NCBI GenBank assembly: GCA_965248835.1
Contig: CBDFLJ010000001.1
Coordinates: 1,216,001-1,280,000, forward strand
Direction: 5' to 3'
DNA from: Alphaproteobacteria bacterium
Lineage (GTDB): Bacteria > Pseudomonadota > Alphaproteobacteria > MPNO01
Length of the DNA: 64,000 bases
This document shows positions 23,393 through 33,011 of this stretch, piece by piece. The notes under the pieces were generated by a model, which was given only the letters and a program-made list of their open reading frames with translations, did no database searches and was not told where the DNA came from. A program made the position numbers and the translations under genes. Positions within the stretch are counted from its first letter, which is position 1; the number at the start of each line of letters is the position of its first letter.

Positions 23393-24429
23393 CGGCCGCT
23401 TCCCTTGACCGCCTCGATCAGCCGGCCGACATGCTCGGGCGGCGTGCCCGGCAGCACGCCGTGGCCGAGATTGAAGATGTGAGCACCATTGCCCAGGGCC
23501 GCACAGATCCCGGCCGCCTCCGCCGCCATCCCCGCACCGCCGGCGAGCAAGGCAACCGGGTCGAGGTTGCCCTGAACCACCGCGGCCGGCTGAAGCGTAC
23601 GCGCGGCCCAGGCTGGGTCGACCGATGCGTCGATCGAGACCGCGGCGACGGCCTCGAGCGCCGCGTAGTCGGCACTGGCCGCACCGACCCCGCGCGGGAA
23701 GACGATCACCGGCACCTCGGGCACGGCCGCGCATACCGCCTCGGCGATCCGCCGGATCGGCTCCAGCGAATAACGCTTACGCAGCATCGCCGGCAGAACG
23801 CCGGCCCAACTATCGAAGATCTGAACGATTTCCGCACCGGCCCGAACCTGTTCGATCAGATGCTCGGCAACCGCATCGGTCAGGATCCCGATCAGCGCGT
23901 CGAACGGCTCCGGCGCTTCATAGGCGAAACGCCGGGCCGCCACATGATCCCGGCTGGTACCGCCTTCGATCATATAGCTCGCGATGGTCCATGGCGCACC
24001 GGCGAACCCGATCAGGGCGATCGCATCGGACAGGTCCGAGCGTACCGCAGCGATCGCCCGGTAGACCGCAGCCAGGCGCTCCGTCATTCCAGTCCGCTGG
24101 AGTTCTCGGACATCGCGTGCATCGGAAAGCTTCTCCAGCACCGGGCCGTGCCCTTCCTCGAAAGCAAGCGCGCGGCCGAGCGCATGAGGTATCACCAGGA
24201 TGTCGGAGAAGATGATCGCGGCATCGAGGTCGAACCGGCGGATCGGCTGCAGGGTGGCTTCGGCGGCAAGTTCCGGGGTGTAGCAAAGATCGAGGAACGT
24301 CTTCGCCCGGACACGCAGTTCCCGGTACTCGGGCAGGTAGCGGCCTGCCTGACGCATCAACCATATCGGGGACGTTGCACGCGGGCTTCCCGCCAGAACG
24401 TCGAGGATCGGTTTGACCGTTTGCGTCAC
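23389..24429 (-). CDS. hemE: Uroporphyrinogen decarboxylase
   Basis: PIWLMRQAGRYLPEYR, AAIIFSDIL, FAGAPWT, QIFDSWAG, IFNLGHG. Confidence 0.97.
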   Translation of the reverse strand: MTQTVKPILDVLAGSPRATSPIWLMRQAGRYLPEYRELRVRAKTFLDLCYTPELAAEATLQPIRRFDLDAAIIFSDILVIPHALGRALAFEEGHGPVLEKLSDARDVRELQRTGMTERLAAVYRAIAAVRSDLSDAIALIGFAGAPWTIASYMIEGGTSRDHVAARRFAYEAPEPFDALIGILTDAVAEHLIEQVRAGAEIVQIFDSWAGVLPAMLRKRYSLEPIRRIAEAVCAAVPEVPVIVFPRGVGAASADYAALEAVAAVSIDASVDPAWAARTLQPAAVVQGNLDPVALLAGGAGMAAEAAGICAALGNGAHIFNLGHGVLPGTPPEHVGRLIEAVKGSGR

Positions 24430-24857
24430 CGTTCGACCAGGTTACGAAGCCTTGCCTGGGGATAACCTTCAAACCCTTATATAAAGTCTAATTTGATAGT
24501 TGTCGTTGTAGTAGGCGTCTAATTGCGGGGATTAAGGATTGTTACAGAATTGTGAACGGAGTTTTCCAGCATCCGGTCGATTGCGCCGCATGGGCGGTGC
24601 GTGGCGTGGATAAGCACGCAAACCGGTGTGTCCAGCCGGAAAATCCTGTGCTCGTTCTGTGGAGAAGGTCTATCGGACGTGCTGCCGAACGTTGCACTTA
24701 TCGCACCATCCCCGGCTGTGAGGGATCGATGCCGCGCGCTGTAATTCAGGGCATACAAACGATAGACTACGGATCGAATCGCGGCGTGTCCGGCTGCCGG
24801 CGGACTTATCCCCGATGACCCGGGCACAGCGTGAACAAGCGATGGATAATCCTCGCC
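24430..24857. other. Probable chromosomal replication origin oriC
   Basis: AT-rich non-coding gap upstream of hemE; DnaA-box matches TGGGGATAA 24457, CGTGGATAA 24605, TGTGGAGAA 24658 (1 mismatch each), TTATCCCCG 24806, GATGGATAA 24841 (2 mismatches); flanking operons diverge; parABS about 12 kb away. Confidence 0.82.
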
Positions 24858-25466
24858 ATGGGTCAGGATGCATCTGCGGTTGTCCTCGCCTCGGCAAGCA
24901 GGACTCGGGCGGTGTTGTTACGCGGCGCAGGGCTCGATGTCGCGGCGATGCCGCCTGGGATCGATGAGGAGCGGCAAAAACGGGACCTGCGCCGGGCCGG
25001 GATCGAGGGCGAGGATCTGGCTGCCGCCCTTGCCGAAGAGAAGGCCCGCAGCGTTGCCGACCGCGCCGCGGACCGGCTCGTCATCGGCGCCGATCAGGTC
25101 CTGATCCTGGGCGATGCGGTGTTCGACAAGCCGAAGAGTCGTGATGAAGCGGCGGCCCAGTTGCGAGCCCTGCGCGGGCGTTGGCACATGCTTGCCAGCG
25201 CGACGTGCGTCCTGGAGGCCGGCCAGCCGGCGTGGCGGAAGACCGAAAGAGCGCGGCTGCGCATGCGCCGGTTCGGCGATGGCTTCATCGAGTCCTATCT
25301 CGATCGCATCGGGCCGGAAGCGCTCCAGGGTCCGGGGTCCTACCGTGTCGAGGGGCCGGGCATCCAGCTCTTCGAGGCCATCGAGGGCTGTCATTCGACC
25401 ATCCTCGGCCTGCCGCTGCTGCCGCTGCTCGCCCACTTGCGCACGCGCGGGGTGATCGCTGCATGA
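24858..25466 (+). CDS. maf: Maf family nucleotide pyrophosphatase
   Basis: VLASAS..R, IDE, IGADQVL, FDKP, TILGLPL; maf-aroE-coaE-dnaQ order. Confidence 0.88.
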   Translation: MGQDASAVVLASASRTRAVLLRGAGLDVAAMPPGIDEERQKRDLRRAGIEGEDLAAALAEEKARSVADRAADRLVIGADQVLILGDAVFDKPKSRDEAAAQLRALRGRWHMLASATCVLEAGQPAWRKTERARLRMRRFGDGFIESYLDRIGPEALQGPGSYRVEGPGIQLFEAIEGCHSTILGLPLLPLLAHLRTRGVIAA

Positions 25467-26311
25467 CGATCACCGGTGCAACTACGGTCGCCGGCGTGAT
25501 GGGCTGGCCGGTCGTCCATTCGCGTTCGCCGCGTCTGCATAATTTTTGGCTGGCGCGCTATGGCATCGACGGCGCCTATGTGCCCTTTGCGGTGCCGCCC
25601 GATGGCCTCGAAGCCGCCTTGCGCGCGCTGCCGCATCTCGGAATCGCCGGCACCAACGTGACGATCCCGCACAAGGAGGAGACATTCCGCGTCCTCGATA
25701 CGAGCGATGATCTTGCCCGGCGCATCGGTGCGGCCAACACGGTCTTCGTACAATCCGATGGCACGTTGGCGGGGACCAATACCGATGTTTTCGGGTTCCG
25801 CGAGGCGCTGCGCAGCCGCCATCCCGGCTGGTCGGGCGCGGCGGGGCCGGCGGTGGTCTTGGGCGCCGGCGGTGCGGCCTGCGCTGTTCTGGCTGCGCTT
25901 CAGGACGAGTGTGCTCCGGAGATCCGGCTGGTCAACCGCACGCGCGCACGCGCCGAGGCCCTGCGGGATCGTTTCGGGCCGCCGGTCGCGGTAACCGGCT
26001 GGGACGAGCGCGAGGCCGCGCTCGACGGCGCCAGCCTGCTGGTCAACACGACCGCGCTCGGCATGGCCGGCGGCGCTGCGCTGGACATCCGCCTGGATGC
26101 GCTGCCGCCCTCCGCGGTGGTCAACGATATCGTCTACACGCCGCTGGAAACGCCGCTGCTCGCCGCCGCCCGGGCGCGGGGCTGCGCGGCGGTCGACGGG
26201 TTGGAGATGCTGCTCCACCAGGCCCGGCCCGGCTTCGCCGGCTGGTTCGGCCGCGAGCCCGAGGTCGATGATGCGCTGCGCGGCCATGTCATGGCCGACC
26301 TCGGCCGGTGA
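25463..26311 (+). CDS. aroE: Shikimate dehydrogenase
   Basis: HSRSPRLHN, NVTIPHK, NTD, GAGGAA, NRT, DIVYTPLET, GLEMLLHQA. Confidence 0.95.
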   Translation: MTITGATTVAGVMGWPVVHSRSPRLHNFWLARYGIDGAYVPFAVPPDGLEAALRALPHLGIAGTNVTIPHKEETFRVLDTSDDLARRIGAANTVFVQSDGTLAGTNTDVFGFREALRSRHPGWSGAAGPAVVLGAGGAACAVLAALQDECAPEIRLVNRTRARAEALRDRFGPPVAVTGWDEREAALDGASLLVNTTALGMAGGAALDIRLDALPPSAVVNDIVYTPLETPLLAAARARGCAAVDGLEMLLHQARPGFAGWFGREPEVDDALRGHVMADLGR

Positions 26312-26324
26312 AGGCGCGGCCGTG

Positions 26325-27029
26325 ATGGTGATCGTCGGCCTGACCGGCTCGATCGGCATGGGCAAGACCACCGCGGCGTCCATGCTGCGCGGCATGGGCC
26401 TGCCGGTCTACGACTCCGATAAGGCGGTGCACGGGCTCCTGGAATGCGGCGGTGCGGCGGTGCCGCTGGTCGCTGCGGCCTTCCCCGACGTGGTCAAGGA
26501 CGGCGCCGTCGACCGGGCCGCGCTGCGCGCGCGGGTATTCGACGATACCGCGGCGCTGCGGCGTCTGGAGGCTATCGTCCACCCGATGGTGCGGCGCGTC
26601 CAGGGCCGCTTTCTGCGGGCTGCTGCCGGCCGCCGTGCGAGGCTGGTGGTGCTCGACATCCCGCTGCTGTTCGAGGTCGGGCTCGATGCGATCTGCGATG
26701 CGGTGATCGTGATGACCGCCCCCGCCTTCGTGCAGCGGGCAAGAGTGCTTGCCCGGCCCGGGATGACCGCCGAGGCGCTGGCGGGGATCATCGCTCACCA
26801 GGTCGGTGACGGCGAGAAACGCCGTCGGGCGGATTTCGTCATTCCCAGCAGCCTTGGGCGCGCCTGGACCTTGCGGCGCCTCGAGGCTGCCGTCAAAGTG
26901 CTCCAGACCGCAACCGGCCGGCACTGGCCGCCGGCCGCCCACCTCCCGAGATACAGAGGCTATGCGCGAAATCGTCCTCGATACCGAAACCACCGGGCTC
27001 GATCCCCAGGCGGGCCATCGGATCGTTGA
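26325..27029 (+). CDS. coaE: Dephospho-CoA kinase
   Basis: [37 protein letters not shown]. Confidence 0.93.
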   Translation: MVIVGLTGSIGMGKTTAASMLRGMGLPVYDSDKAVHGLLECGGAAVPLVAAAFPDVVKDGAVDRAALRARVFDDTAALRRLEAIVHPMVRRVQGRFLRAAAGRRARLVVLDIPLLFEVGLDAICDAVIVMTAPAFVQRARVLARPGMTAEALAGIIAHQVGDGEKRRRADFVIPSSLGRAWTLRRLEAAVKVLQTATGRHWPPAAHLPRYRGYARNRPRYRNHRARSPGGPSDR

Positions 27030-27633
27030 GATCGGCTGCCTGGAGCTGATCAACCATATTCCCTCGGGGCGGACCTTCCATACCTACATCAACCCCGAAC
27101 GCGCCATGCCGGACGATGCCTTCGAGGTCCATGGCCTGTCCGATGCGTTTCTGTCCGACAAGCCTCTGTTCGCCGCCGTCGCAGGGGATTTCCTGGAGTT
27201 TCTGGGCGATGCGATGCTGGTGATCCACAATGCGCAGTTCGACCTGGGCTTCCTCAACGCCGAGCTCGGCAAGCTTGGAAAGGACCGGCTGACGGAGGAC
27301 CGCGCGATCGACACCGTCCAGCTCGCGCGCCGCAAGTTTCCCGGCGCGCCGGCGAGCCTGGATGCGCTGTGCAGGCGTTTCGAGATCGACAACGCCGCGC
27401 GGACCAAGCACGGCGCGCTGCTCGATGCCGAATTGCTGGCAGAAATCTATCTGGAGCTGATCGGCGGCCGCCAGCCGTCGCTGGGGCTGGCTGCTTCGGG
27501 CGCGGCGCGCCAAGCCGCCGGCCCGCGCGCGCGGGCCGCGCCGACCGCGCGGGTCCATGAGCCCAGCGCGCAGGAGCGCGCGGCCCACGAGGCCTTCGTC
27601 GACACCCTGACGGATCCGATCTGGAAGCGCTAA
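26962..27633 (+). CDS. dnaQ: DNA polymerase III subunit epsilon
   Basis: [41 protein letters not shown]. Confidence 0.97.
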   Translation: MREIVLDTETTGLDPQAGHRIVEIGCLELINHIPSGRTFHTYINPERAMPDDAFEVHGLSDAFLSDKPLFAAVAGDFLEFLGDAMLVIHNAQFDLGFLNAELGKLGKDRLTEDRAIDTVQLARRKFPGAPASLDALCRRFEIDNAARTKHGALLDAELLAEIYLELIGGRQPSLGLAASGAARQAAGPRARAAPTARVHEPSAQERAAHEAFVDTLTDPIWKR

Positions 27634-27645
27634 GCGGGCGGTGCC

Positions 27646-28146
27646 TTAGGCCACCGGGAAGCCGTCCCGCTCGGCGTGGTTTTCCATATAGAGCGCCGCG
27701 AAATCGATCGGGCCGATCATCAGCGGTGGGAAGCCGCCGTCCCGCGTGGTGTTGGCGACCACCGCCCGGGCGAACGGGAACAGGTGGCGCGGCCCTTCGA
27801 TCAGCACTAGCGGGCGGACGTCCTCCTCGGGGACTTCGCCGACTATGACGATGCCGCCATAGGTCAGCTCGACGATGAAAACGGTCTTGTCCGCCGCGGC
27901 CGCTTCGCCGCGGATGAACAGGGAGACCTCGAACGCGTTCTCGGCGATCGGCCGGGCCGAGGTATTGACCTCGACCGCAACGCTCGGGTTCTCAGACAGG
28001 CCGGCGGCCATCTCGGCGCCCAGCGGGTTCTCGAAGGACAGGTCCTTTATGTATTGGGCGCCGATCATCAACGGGGCCTGAGCCTGCGCCGCCTCGTCCT
28101 CGTCCGCACCGTTCCCGCCGGACGGATCCAGGGATTCATCGCTCAT
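27646..28146 (-). CDS. secB: Protein-export chaperone SecB
   Basis: QYIKDLSFENP, LFPFAR, DGGFPPLMIGPIDF. Confidence 0.93.
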   Translation of the reverse strand: MSDESLDPSGGNGADEDEAAQAQAPLMIGAQYIKDLSFENPLGAEMAAGLSENPSVAVEVNTSARPIAENAFEVSLFIRGEAAAADKTVFIVELTYGGIVIVGEVPEEDVRPLVLIEGPRHLFPFARAVVANTTRDGGFPPLMIGPIDFAALYMENHAERDGFPVA

Positions 28147-28177
28147 TCGCCCCTCCATCTGTGGCCAGGGGCCGTGG

Positions 28178-28744
28178 CTAACATGGATCGCTGGGCCGGA
28201 CAACCTCGCCCGGATTTGCCTGCCGGCGCTGCCGCAGACGGATCCGGCTGCCGTTGGTGATGCGCTCGCCGGTCAGCGCGCGGATCACGCCCCAATGGGT
28301 GATCACCGCGATGCGGTTCCAGCGCGGGTCGGCCGCCCAATGCCGCGCGAAGGCCTCGCACCGGGCAACGAAGCTGGTCTCGGGCTCCTCGCCATCCGGC
28401 CACCAGATCTCCTGTAGGTGGGAGAAGTCGTAGTCCGGCCATGTCCGCGCGAGGTCCGCGCGCGGCGAGCCGACATCGCAGGAGAACGCGTAGCGCTCGC
28501 GCACCCGGTCGTCGATCAGCACAGGCAGGTCGAGTCCGGCGGCGACGATCCGGGCAGTCTGCAGGGCGCGGCGGTAGGGGCTGGCGAGGATCAGCTCGAT
28601 CTCTTCGCCGGCCAGCGCGGCCGCCACGGCGCCAGCCTGGCGGTGGCCTTCCTCGGTCAGCTCCGGATCCTGGACACCAGGGTCCACGCGGGTCGCGCTG
28701 TAGACCACGTTGAAGATCGTCTGGCCGTGCCGGATCAGGATCAT
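28178..28744 (-). CDS. Histidine phosphatase family protein
   Basis: LIRHGQ, LTEEG, SPYRRALQTA, ITHWG. Confidence 0.88.
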   Translation of the reverse strand: MILIRHGQTIFNVVYSATRVDPGVQDPELTEEGHRQAGAVAAALAGEEIELILASPYRRALQTARIVAAGLDLPVLIDDRVRERYAFSCDVGSPRADLARTWPDYDFSHLQEIWWPDGEEPETSFVARCEAFARHWAADPRWNRIAVITHWGVIRALTGERITNGSRIRLRQRRQANPGEVVRPSDPC

Positions 28745-28759
28745 GTGGCGGCGCGCCCC

Positions 28760-29272
28760 TCAGCGGCGGTTCGGCGGGATCCGTGGCCAGGTGCCCGGCT
28801 TCCCGGTCTTCGGCGGGTCGGGATCGACCTCCTCGAACGTGCCGTCGATCACGGTGCCGTCGCGGTCCCGATCGTCCTGCGGCGGCCCGCCCATGCCGGC
28901 CATGTGCACCCGGCCATGGGCCTGCAGCCAGGACAGGATCCGCCTGCGAAGGACCGCTCGGAACGGCGGGGCCATCAGCAGCAGGCCCACCCCATCGGTC
29001 ACGAAGCCCGGCGTCAGCAGCAGCGCGCCGGCGAACACCAGGCACAGACCGTCGAAGACCTCCCGGGCGGGGAACGCACCCTGGTTCAGGCTCGCCTGAG
29101 CGCGCGCCAGGGTCGACAGGCCTTGAAGACGCAACATCCAGGTCCCGAACACCGCGGTCGCGACCACGGCGCCCAGGGTCGGCCACACGCCGATCGCGCC
29201 GCCGACCTCGACCAGCAGGGCGATCTCGACGATCGGAACGACGATGAATGCGAGAAGGATCAGGGCCGGCAT
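28760..29272 (-). CDS. fxsA: FxsA family membrane protein
   Basis: PIVEIALL, LLLTPGFVTD, VIDGTFEEV. Confidence 0.9.
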   Translation of the reverse strand: MPALILLAFIVVPIVEIALLVEVGGAIGVWPTLGAVVATAVFGTWMLRLQGLSTLARAQASLNQGAFPAREVFDGLCLVFAGALLLTPGFVTDGVGLLLMAPPFRAVLRRRILSWLQAHGRVHMAGMGGPPQDDRDRDGTVIDGTFEEVDPDPPKTGKPGTWPRIPPNRR

Positions 29273-29347
29273 GCTTGCGCTTTGTTTGCGTTGGGCCTAT
29301 CTACAGACTCCTGCCGAAGCCGCGACGATGCGCCAAGGGCCGCGATA

Positions 29348-30058
29348 ATGAACGAAGGCTTCCAGTTCCTCGACATTATTTTGTTCGCGATGATCGCGGC
29401 GTTCCTGGTGTTCAGGCTGCGCGGCGTGCTGGGCCGGCGGACGGGGCATCAATCGCGCCCACCGGACAACATGACACAACGACGCAACGATTCCGATGCC
29501 GAGGGCAACGTGATCGAGCTGCCCGACCGGACCGGCGCCGACCGCGGCGCCGCGGATGACGATGAGGCCGAGGCCGAGGCCGAGCTCGAAGACGCTGCCC
29601 TGGACCCGCTCGCTGCCGGGCTCAAGCAGATCCGGGCCGCCGATCCGTCCTTCGATCCCGGCGCGTTCAGCGCCGGCGCGCGCTCGGCCTTCGAGTTGAC
29701 CGTGCATGCCTTCGCCACCGGCGATACCGGCACGCTGCGCTCGCTGCTCAATGACGAGGTGTTCGAGAACTTCCAGCAGGCCATCACCAGCCGCCTGGAA
29801 GCGGCCGAGACCCTGGAGACCACGGTGATCGCCGTCAAATCCGCCGAGATCCTGGAAGCGTCGATGGGCGGGCGCAATGCGGTCCTGACGCTGAAATTCC
29901 TCTCCGAACAAGTCAACGTGACCCGCGATACCGAGGGCAACGTGATCGACGGCGACCCGAACCAGGTCACAGACGTGACCGACATCTGGACGTTCGCGCG
30001 CAACATCCGCTCGCGCGATCCCAATTGGAAGCTGATCGAGACTCGGAGCAACAACTGA
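29348..30058 (+). CDS. Tim44/TimA family protein
   Basis: FLVFRLRGVLGRRTG, DPSFD, FLSEQVN, DIWTFAR, DPNWKL. Confidence 0.9.
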   Translation: MNEGFQFLDIILFAMIAAFLVFRLRGVLGRRTGHQSRPPDNMTQRRNDSDAEGNVIELPDRTGADRGAADDDEAEAEAELEDAALDPLAAGLKQIRAADPSFDPGAFSAGARSAFELTVHAFATGDTGTLRSLLNDEVFENFQQAITSRLEAAETLETTVIAVKSAEILEASMGGRNAVLTLKFLSEQVNVTRDTEGNVIDGDPNQVTDVTDIWTFARNIRSRDPNWKLIETRSNN

Positions 30059-31215
30059 GGCGCCTTGTCCCGGCGTTGCTGCTGATCCTGGCGGTCGCCT
30101 GCGAACCATCTGTAAAGGACGATGCGGCCGGGCTGCGATTGGCGCCGGTGGGATTCTCCGCGCTTGCCGGCTGGCCGGCTGGCCGCCACGCGGAGGCCCT
30201 GGCGGCGCTCAGGCGGAGCTGTGCGGTGCGCACCCGGGGCGCCGCCGGCGCATCGGATGCGCGCTTCGGCACAGCGGCGGCTTGGCGGGCCGCCTGCGCG
30301 GCGGGCGAGGCCGTCCCTCCGGGCGATCGCGCCGCGGCGCAGACCTATTTCGAGACCTGGTTTCATCCGCACCGGGTTCTCGGGCCGGACGGCGCGCGCG
30401 GCCTGTTCACCGGATATTACGAGCCCGAGCTCGCCGGCTCGCGGTCAAGGAGCGCCGCCTTCGCGGTACCGCTCTATAGCCGGCCGGCCGATCTGGTCAC
30501 CGTGCGGCTGGGCGATTTCTGGCCCCATTCGCCGCATGAGCGCTTCGCCGGGCGGGTCGTCGACGGCCGGCTCAAGCCCTATTTCAGCCGCGCCGAGATC
30601 GATGCCGGCGCCCTGGCCGGGCGCGGCCTGGAGCTATTCTGGACCGACGACCCGATCGCAGCTTTCTTCCTGCATATCCAGGGCTCGGGACTCCTGCGGC
30701 TGCCCGACGGCACGCGGGTCAGGCTCGGATACGCCGGGGCCAACGGCCATCCCTACACCGCCATCGGCCGGGTCCTGGTCCGGCGCGGCGCGCTGGCGCT
30801 GGAAGAGGTCTCCCTCCAGTCGATCCGGACCTGGCTGCGGGCGAACCCGGAACAGGCGCGGGCCGTGATGGCCAGGAACGCCTCCTACGTCTTCTTCCGC
30901 GAGGTCGCCGGCGAGGGGCCGCTGGGGAGCCAGGGCGTCGCGCTTACCCCCGGACGCAGCATCGCGGTCGACCCGCGCCACCTGCCGCTGGGCCTGCCGA
31001 TGTGGATCGATGTCGCTCATCCGCTGGCCGGCCATCCGGCGCTGCGGCGGCTGGTCGTCGCCCAGGACACCGGCGGGGCGATCCGCGGCGTCGTCCGGGC
31101 CGATCTGTTCTGGGGCGCGGGCCGCGACGCCGAGGCGCGCGCCGGGCAGATGCGCAAGAACGGCCGCTACTTCGCGCTGATTCCCCGCCAGCCCGCGGTC
31201 ACGGCGTCCCGGTGA
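30055..31215 (+). CDS. mltA: Membrane-bound lytic murein transglycosylase MltA
   Basis: FTGYYEP, FLHIQGSG, NASYVFF, SIAVD, AQDTGGAI, DLFWG; lipobox LAVAC; start uncertain (30025-30076). Confidence 0.92.
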   Translation: MRRLVPALLLILAVACEPSVKDDAAGLRLAPVGFSALAGWPAGRHAEALAALRRSCAVRTRGAAGASDARFGTAAAWRAACAAGEAVPPGDRAAAQTYFETWFHPHRVLGPDGARGLFTGYYEPELAGSRSRSAAFAVPLYSRPADLVTVRLGDFWPHSPHERFAGRVVDGRLKPYFSRAEIDAGALAGRGLELFWTDDPIAAFFLHIQGSGLLRLPDGTRVRLGYAGANGHPYTAIGRVLVRRGALALEEVSLQSIRTWLRANPEQARAVMARNASYVFFREVAGEGPLGSQGVALTPGRSIAVDPRHLPLGLPMWIDVAHPLAGHPALRRLVVAQDTGGAIRGVVRADLFWGAGRDAEARAGQMRKNGRYFALIPRQPAVTASR

Positions 31216-32195
31216 CCGCGGGCTGGCGCGCGACGCTTCTGGCAGCAGCCGCCCTGGCGTCGCTCGGCACGGAAGCGGCCGGCGCGCCGATCGCCCTGAG
31301 CGCGCGGCAGATCGAGCTCCATACCGAAATCGAGGGCGTGGACCGGCTGGAAGCGCTCACCTGGCGCGGCGGCCTGGAACTCCGCTCCCCGGACCCGCGC
31401 TTCGGCGGGCTTTCGGCGATCGACGTCTCCGCCGATGGTACGTCGGTCCTCGCGCTCACCGACCGCGGGCATTGGGTCCGGGCGCGGCTCGGCTACGACC
31501 GGGCGGGCCGGCTCGCGCGGATCGGGCACGGCGCGATCGGACCCCTGCCGGGCCTTCCCGCGGGCTCGGACCGCCGGCTGAGCGATTCCGAAGCGCTGGC
31601 GCGCTCGCAGCGGGGCATCGTGGTCGCTTTCGAACGCGACCACCGGCTGGTGGATTTCCGTCTCGATGCGATGGGAAACCCGACCAGGGGCCGGCGTCTG
31701 GCGTCTCCCGACGGGCTGTTGAGGCTCGCCGCCAATTCGGGGATCGAGGCGCTGGCAAGGCTGGCGGACGGCCGGTTCCTGGCGATCGCCGAGGGGGGTG
31801 AGACCATGTCGGGCAACACACCTGCATGGCTCGGCAGGGCGCTGGCATGGTCGCCGACGCATTTCGCGGTCGGCGGTCGGTTCCGCCCGACCGGGGCGGC
31901 GCCGGCGCCGGACGGCGGTGTCCTGGTGCTGGAGCGGCACTTCTCCTGGGTCGGCGGCGTCGCCGCGCGGATCAAGAAGATCGCGCCGGAAGACATCCGG
32001 GCCGACCGGCCGATCCGCGGGACGGTCCTGGCCACCCTCGAGATGCCCTTCGTCACCGAGAATTTCGAGGGCATCGCCGCACGGCGCGGCCGGCCGGGCG
32101 AGACGCTGATCTACATCGTCTCCGACGACAATTTCAGCGCGCTGCAACGCACGCTGTTGCTGCTGTTCGCGTTGCCCGGTGACGGGGCGCGATAG
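31212..32195 (+). CDS. Esterase-like activity of phytase family exported protein
   Basis: Signal peptide; FGGLSAI, TDRG, DSEAL, NSGIEAL, LVLER, ENFEGI, VSDDNF. Confidence 0.82.
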   Translation: MTAGWRATLLAAAALASLGTEAAGAPIALSARQIELHTEIEGVDRLEALTWRGGLELRSPDPRFGGLSAIDVSADGTSVLALTDRGHWVRARLGYDRAGRLARIGHGAIGPLPGLPAGSDRRLSDSEALARSQRGIVVAFERDHRLVDFRLDAMGNPTRGRRLASPDGLLRLAANSGIEALARLADGRFLAIAEGGETMSGNTPAWLGRALAWSPTHFAVGGRFRPTGAAPAPDGGVLVLERHFSWVGGVAARIKKIAPEDIRADRPIRGTVLATLEMPFVTENFEGIAARRGRPGETLIYIVSDDNFSALQRTLLLLFALPGDGAR

Positions 32196-32237
32196 TCCGT
32201 TGCACCGGCCGCCGCGGCGCGACATTCTCCGCCCACC

Positions 32238-33011
32238 ATGACCGCGACCGTCGGATTGCTCGTCACCTGCATCGTCGACCTGTTCCGGCCCCGGGTCGGG
32301 TTCGCCGCCGTGCGGCTGATCGAGCAGGCCGGCTTCGCAGTCGAAGTGCCGGCGCGCCAGACCTGCTGCGGCCAGCCGGCCTATAATTCCGGCGACCGGG
32401 CGGGCGCGGTCCGTATCGCCAAGGACGTGATTGCCGCCTTCGAAGGGTTCGACCACGTCGTCGCCCCGTCGGGCTCCTGCGCGTCGATCCTGCGGTGCCA
32501 TTATCCCGGCCTGTTCGCCGATGACCCGGGCTGGGCCGGACGCGCCCGATCGCTGGCCGAAAAGACCCATGAGCTGATGGCGTTCCTCGCCGATATCGCG
32601 GGCTGGCGGCCGGCAGTGGGGACGGCGGGGGCGGCGCCGGCCGGTGCGCTCACCTACCACGATGCGTGCTCGGGGCTGCGCGAGCTCGGCATCCGCGAAC
32701 AGCCGCGCGCGCTGTTGCGCGCCATCGACGGGCTGGACCTGGTTGAGATGGACGCGGCTGAGGTCTGCTGCGGCTTCGGCGGCGCATTCTGCGTCAAATA
32801 CCCGGTCCTTTCCGAGGCGATGGCCGATGCGAAGATCCGCGCGATCGAGGCTGCCGGAGCGGACCATCTCGTGGCAGGCGATCTCGGCTGCTTGCTGCAT
32901 CTCGCCGGGCGGCTCGCGCGGGCGGGATCGGCGGTCAGGGTGCGCCATGCCGCCGAGGTTCTGGCAGGCATGGCCGGGGACCCCGCCATCGCCGAACCGG
33001 CGGAGCGTTGA
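32238..33011 (+). CDS. lutA: Lactate utilization protein A (CCG Fe-S protein)
   Basis: TCIVD, QTCCGQP, SGSC, YHDACSGLR, CCGFGG, DLGCL. Confidence 0.88.
   Translation: MTATVGLLVTCIVDLFRPRVGFAAVRLIEQAGFAVEVPARQTCCGQPAYNSGDRAGAVRIAKDVIAAFEGFDHVVAPSGSCASILRCHYPGLFADDPGWAGRARSLAEKTHELMAFLADIAGWRPAVGTAGAAPAGALTYHDACSGLRELGIREQPRALLRAIDGLDLVEMDAAEVCCGFGGAFCVKYPVLSEAMADAKIRAIEAAGADHLVAGDLGCLLHLAGRLARAGSAVRVRHAAEVLAGMAGDPAIAEPAER

Noticed and set aside
24519-24546. Possible CtrA site in oriC
   Set aside because: TTAA half-sites are spaced 6 or 9 nt and imperfect, not TTAA-N7-TTAA
26962-27029. 68-bp coaE/dnaQ overlap as a frameshift or fusion
   Set aside because: Both domains are complete; the CoaE tail is simple read-through into an alternative dnaQ frame
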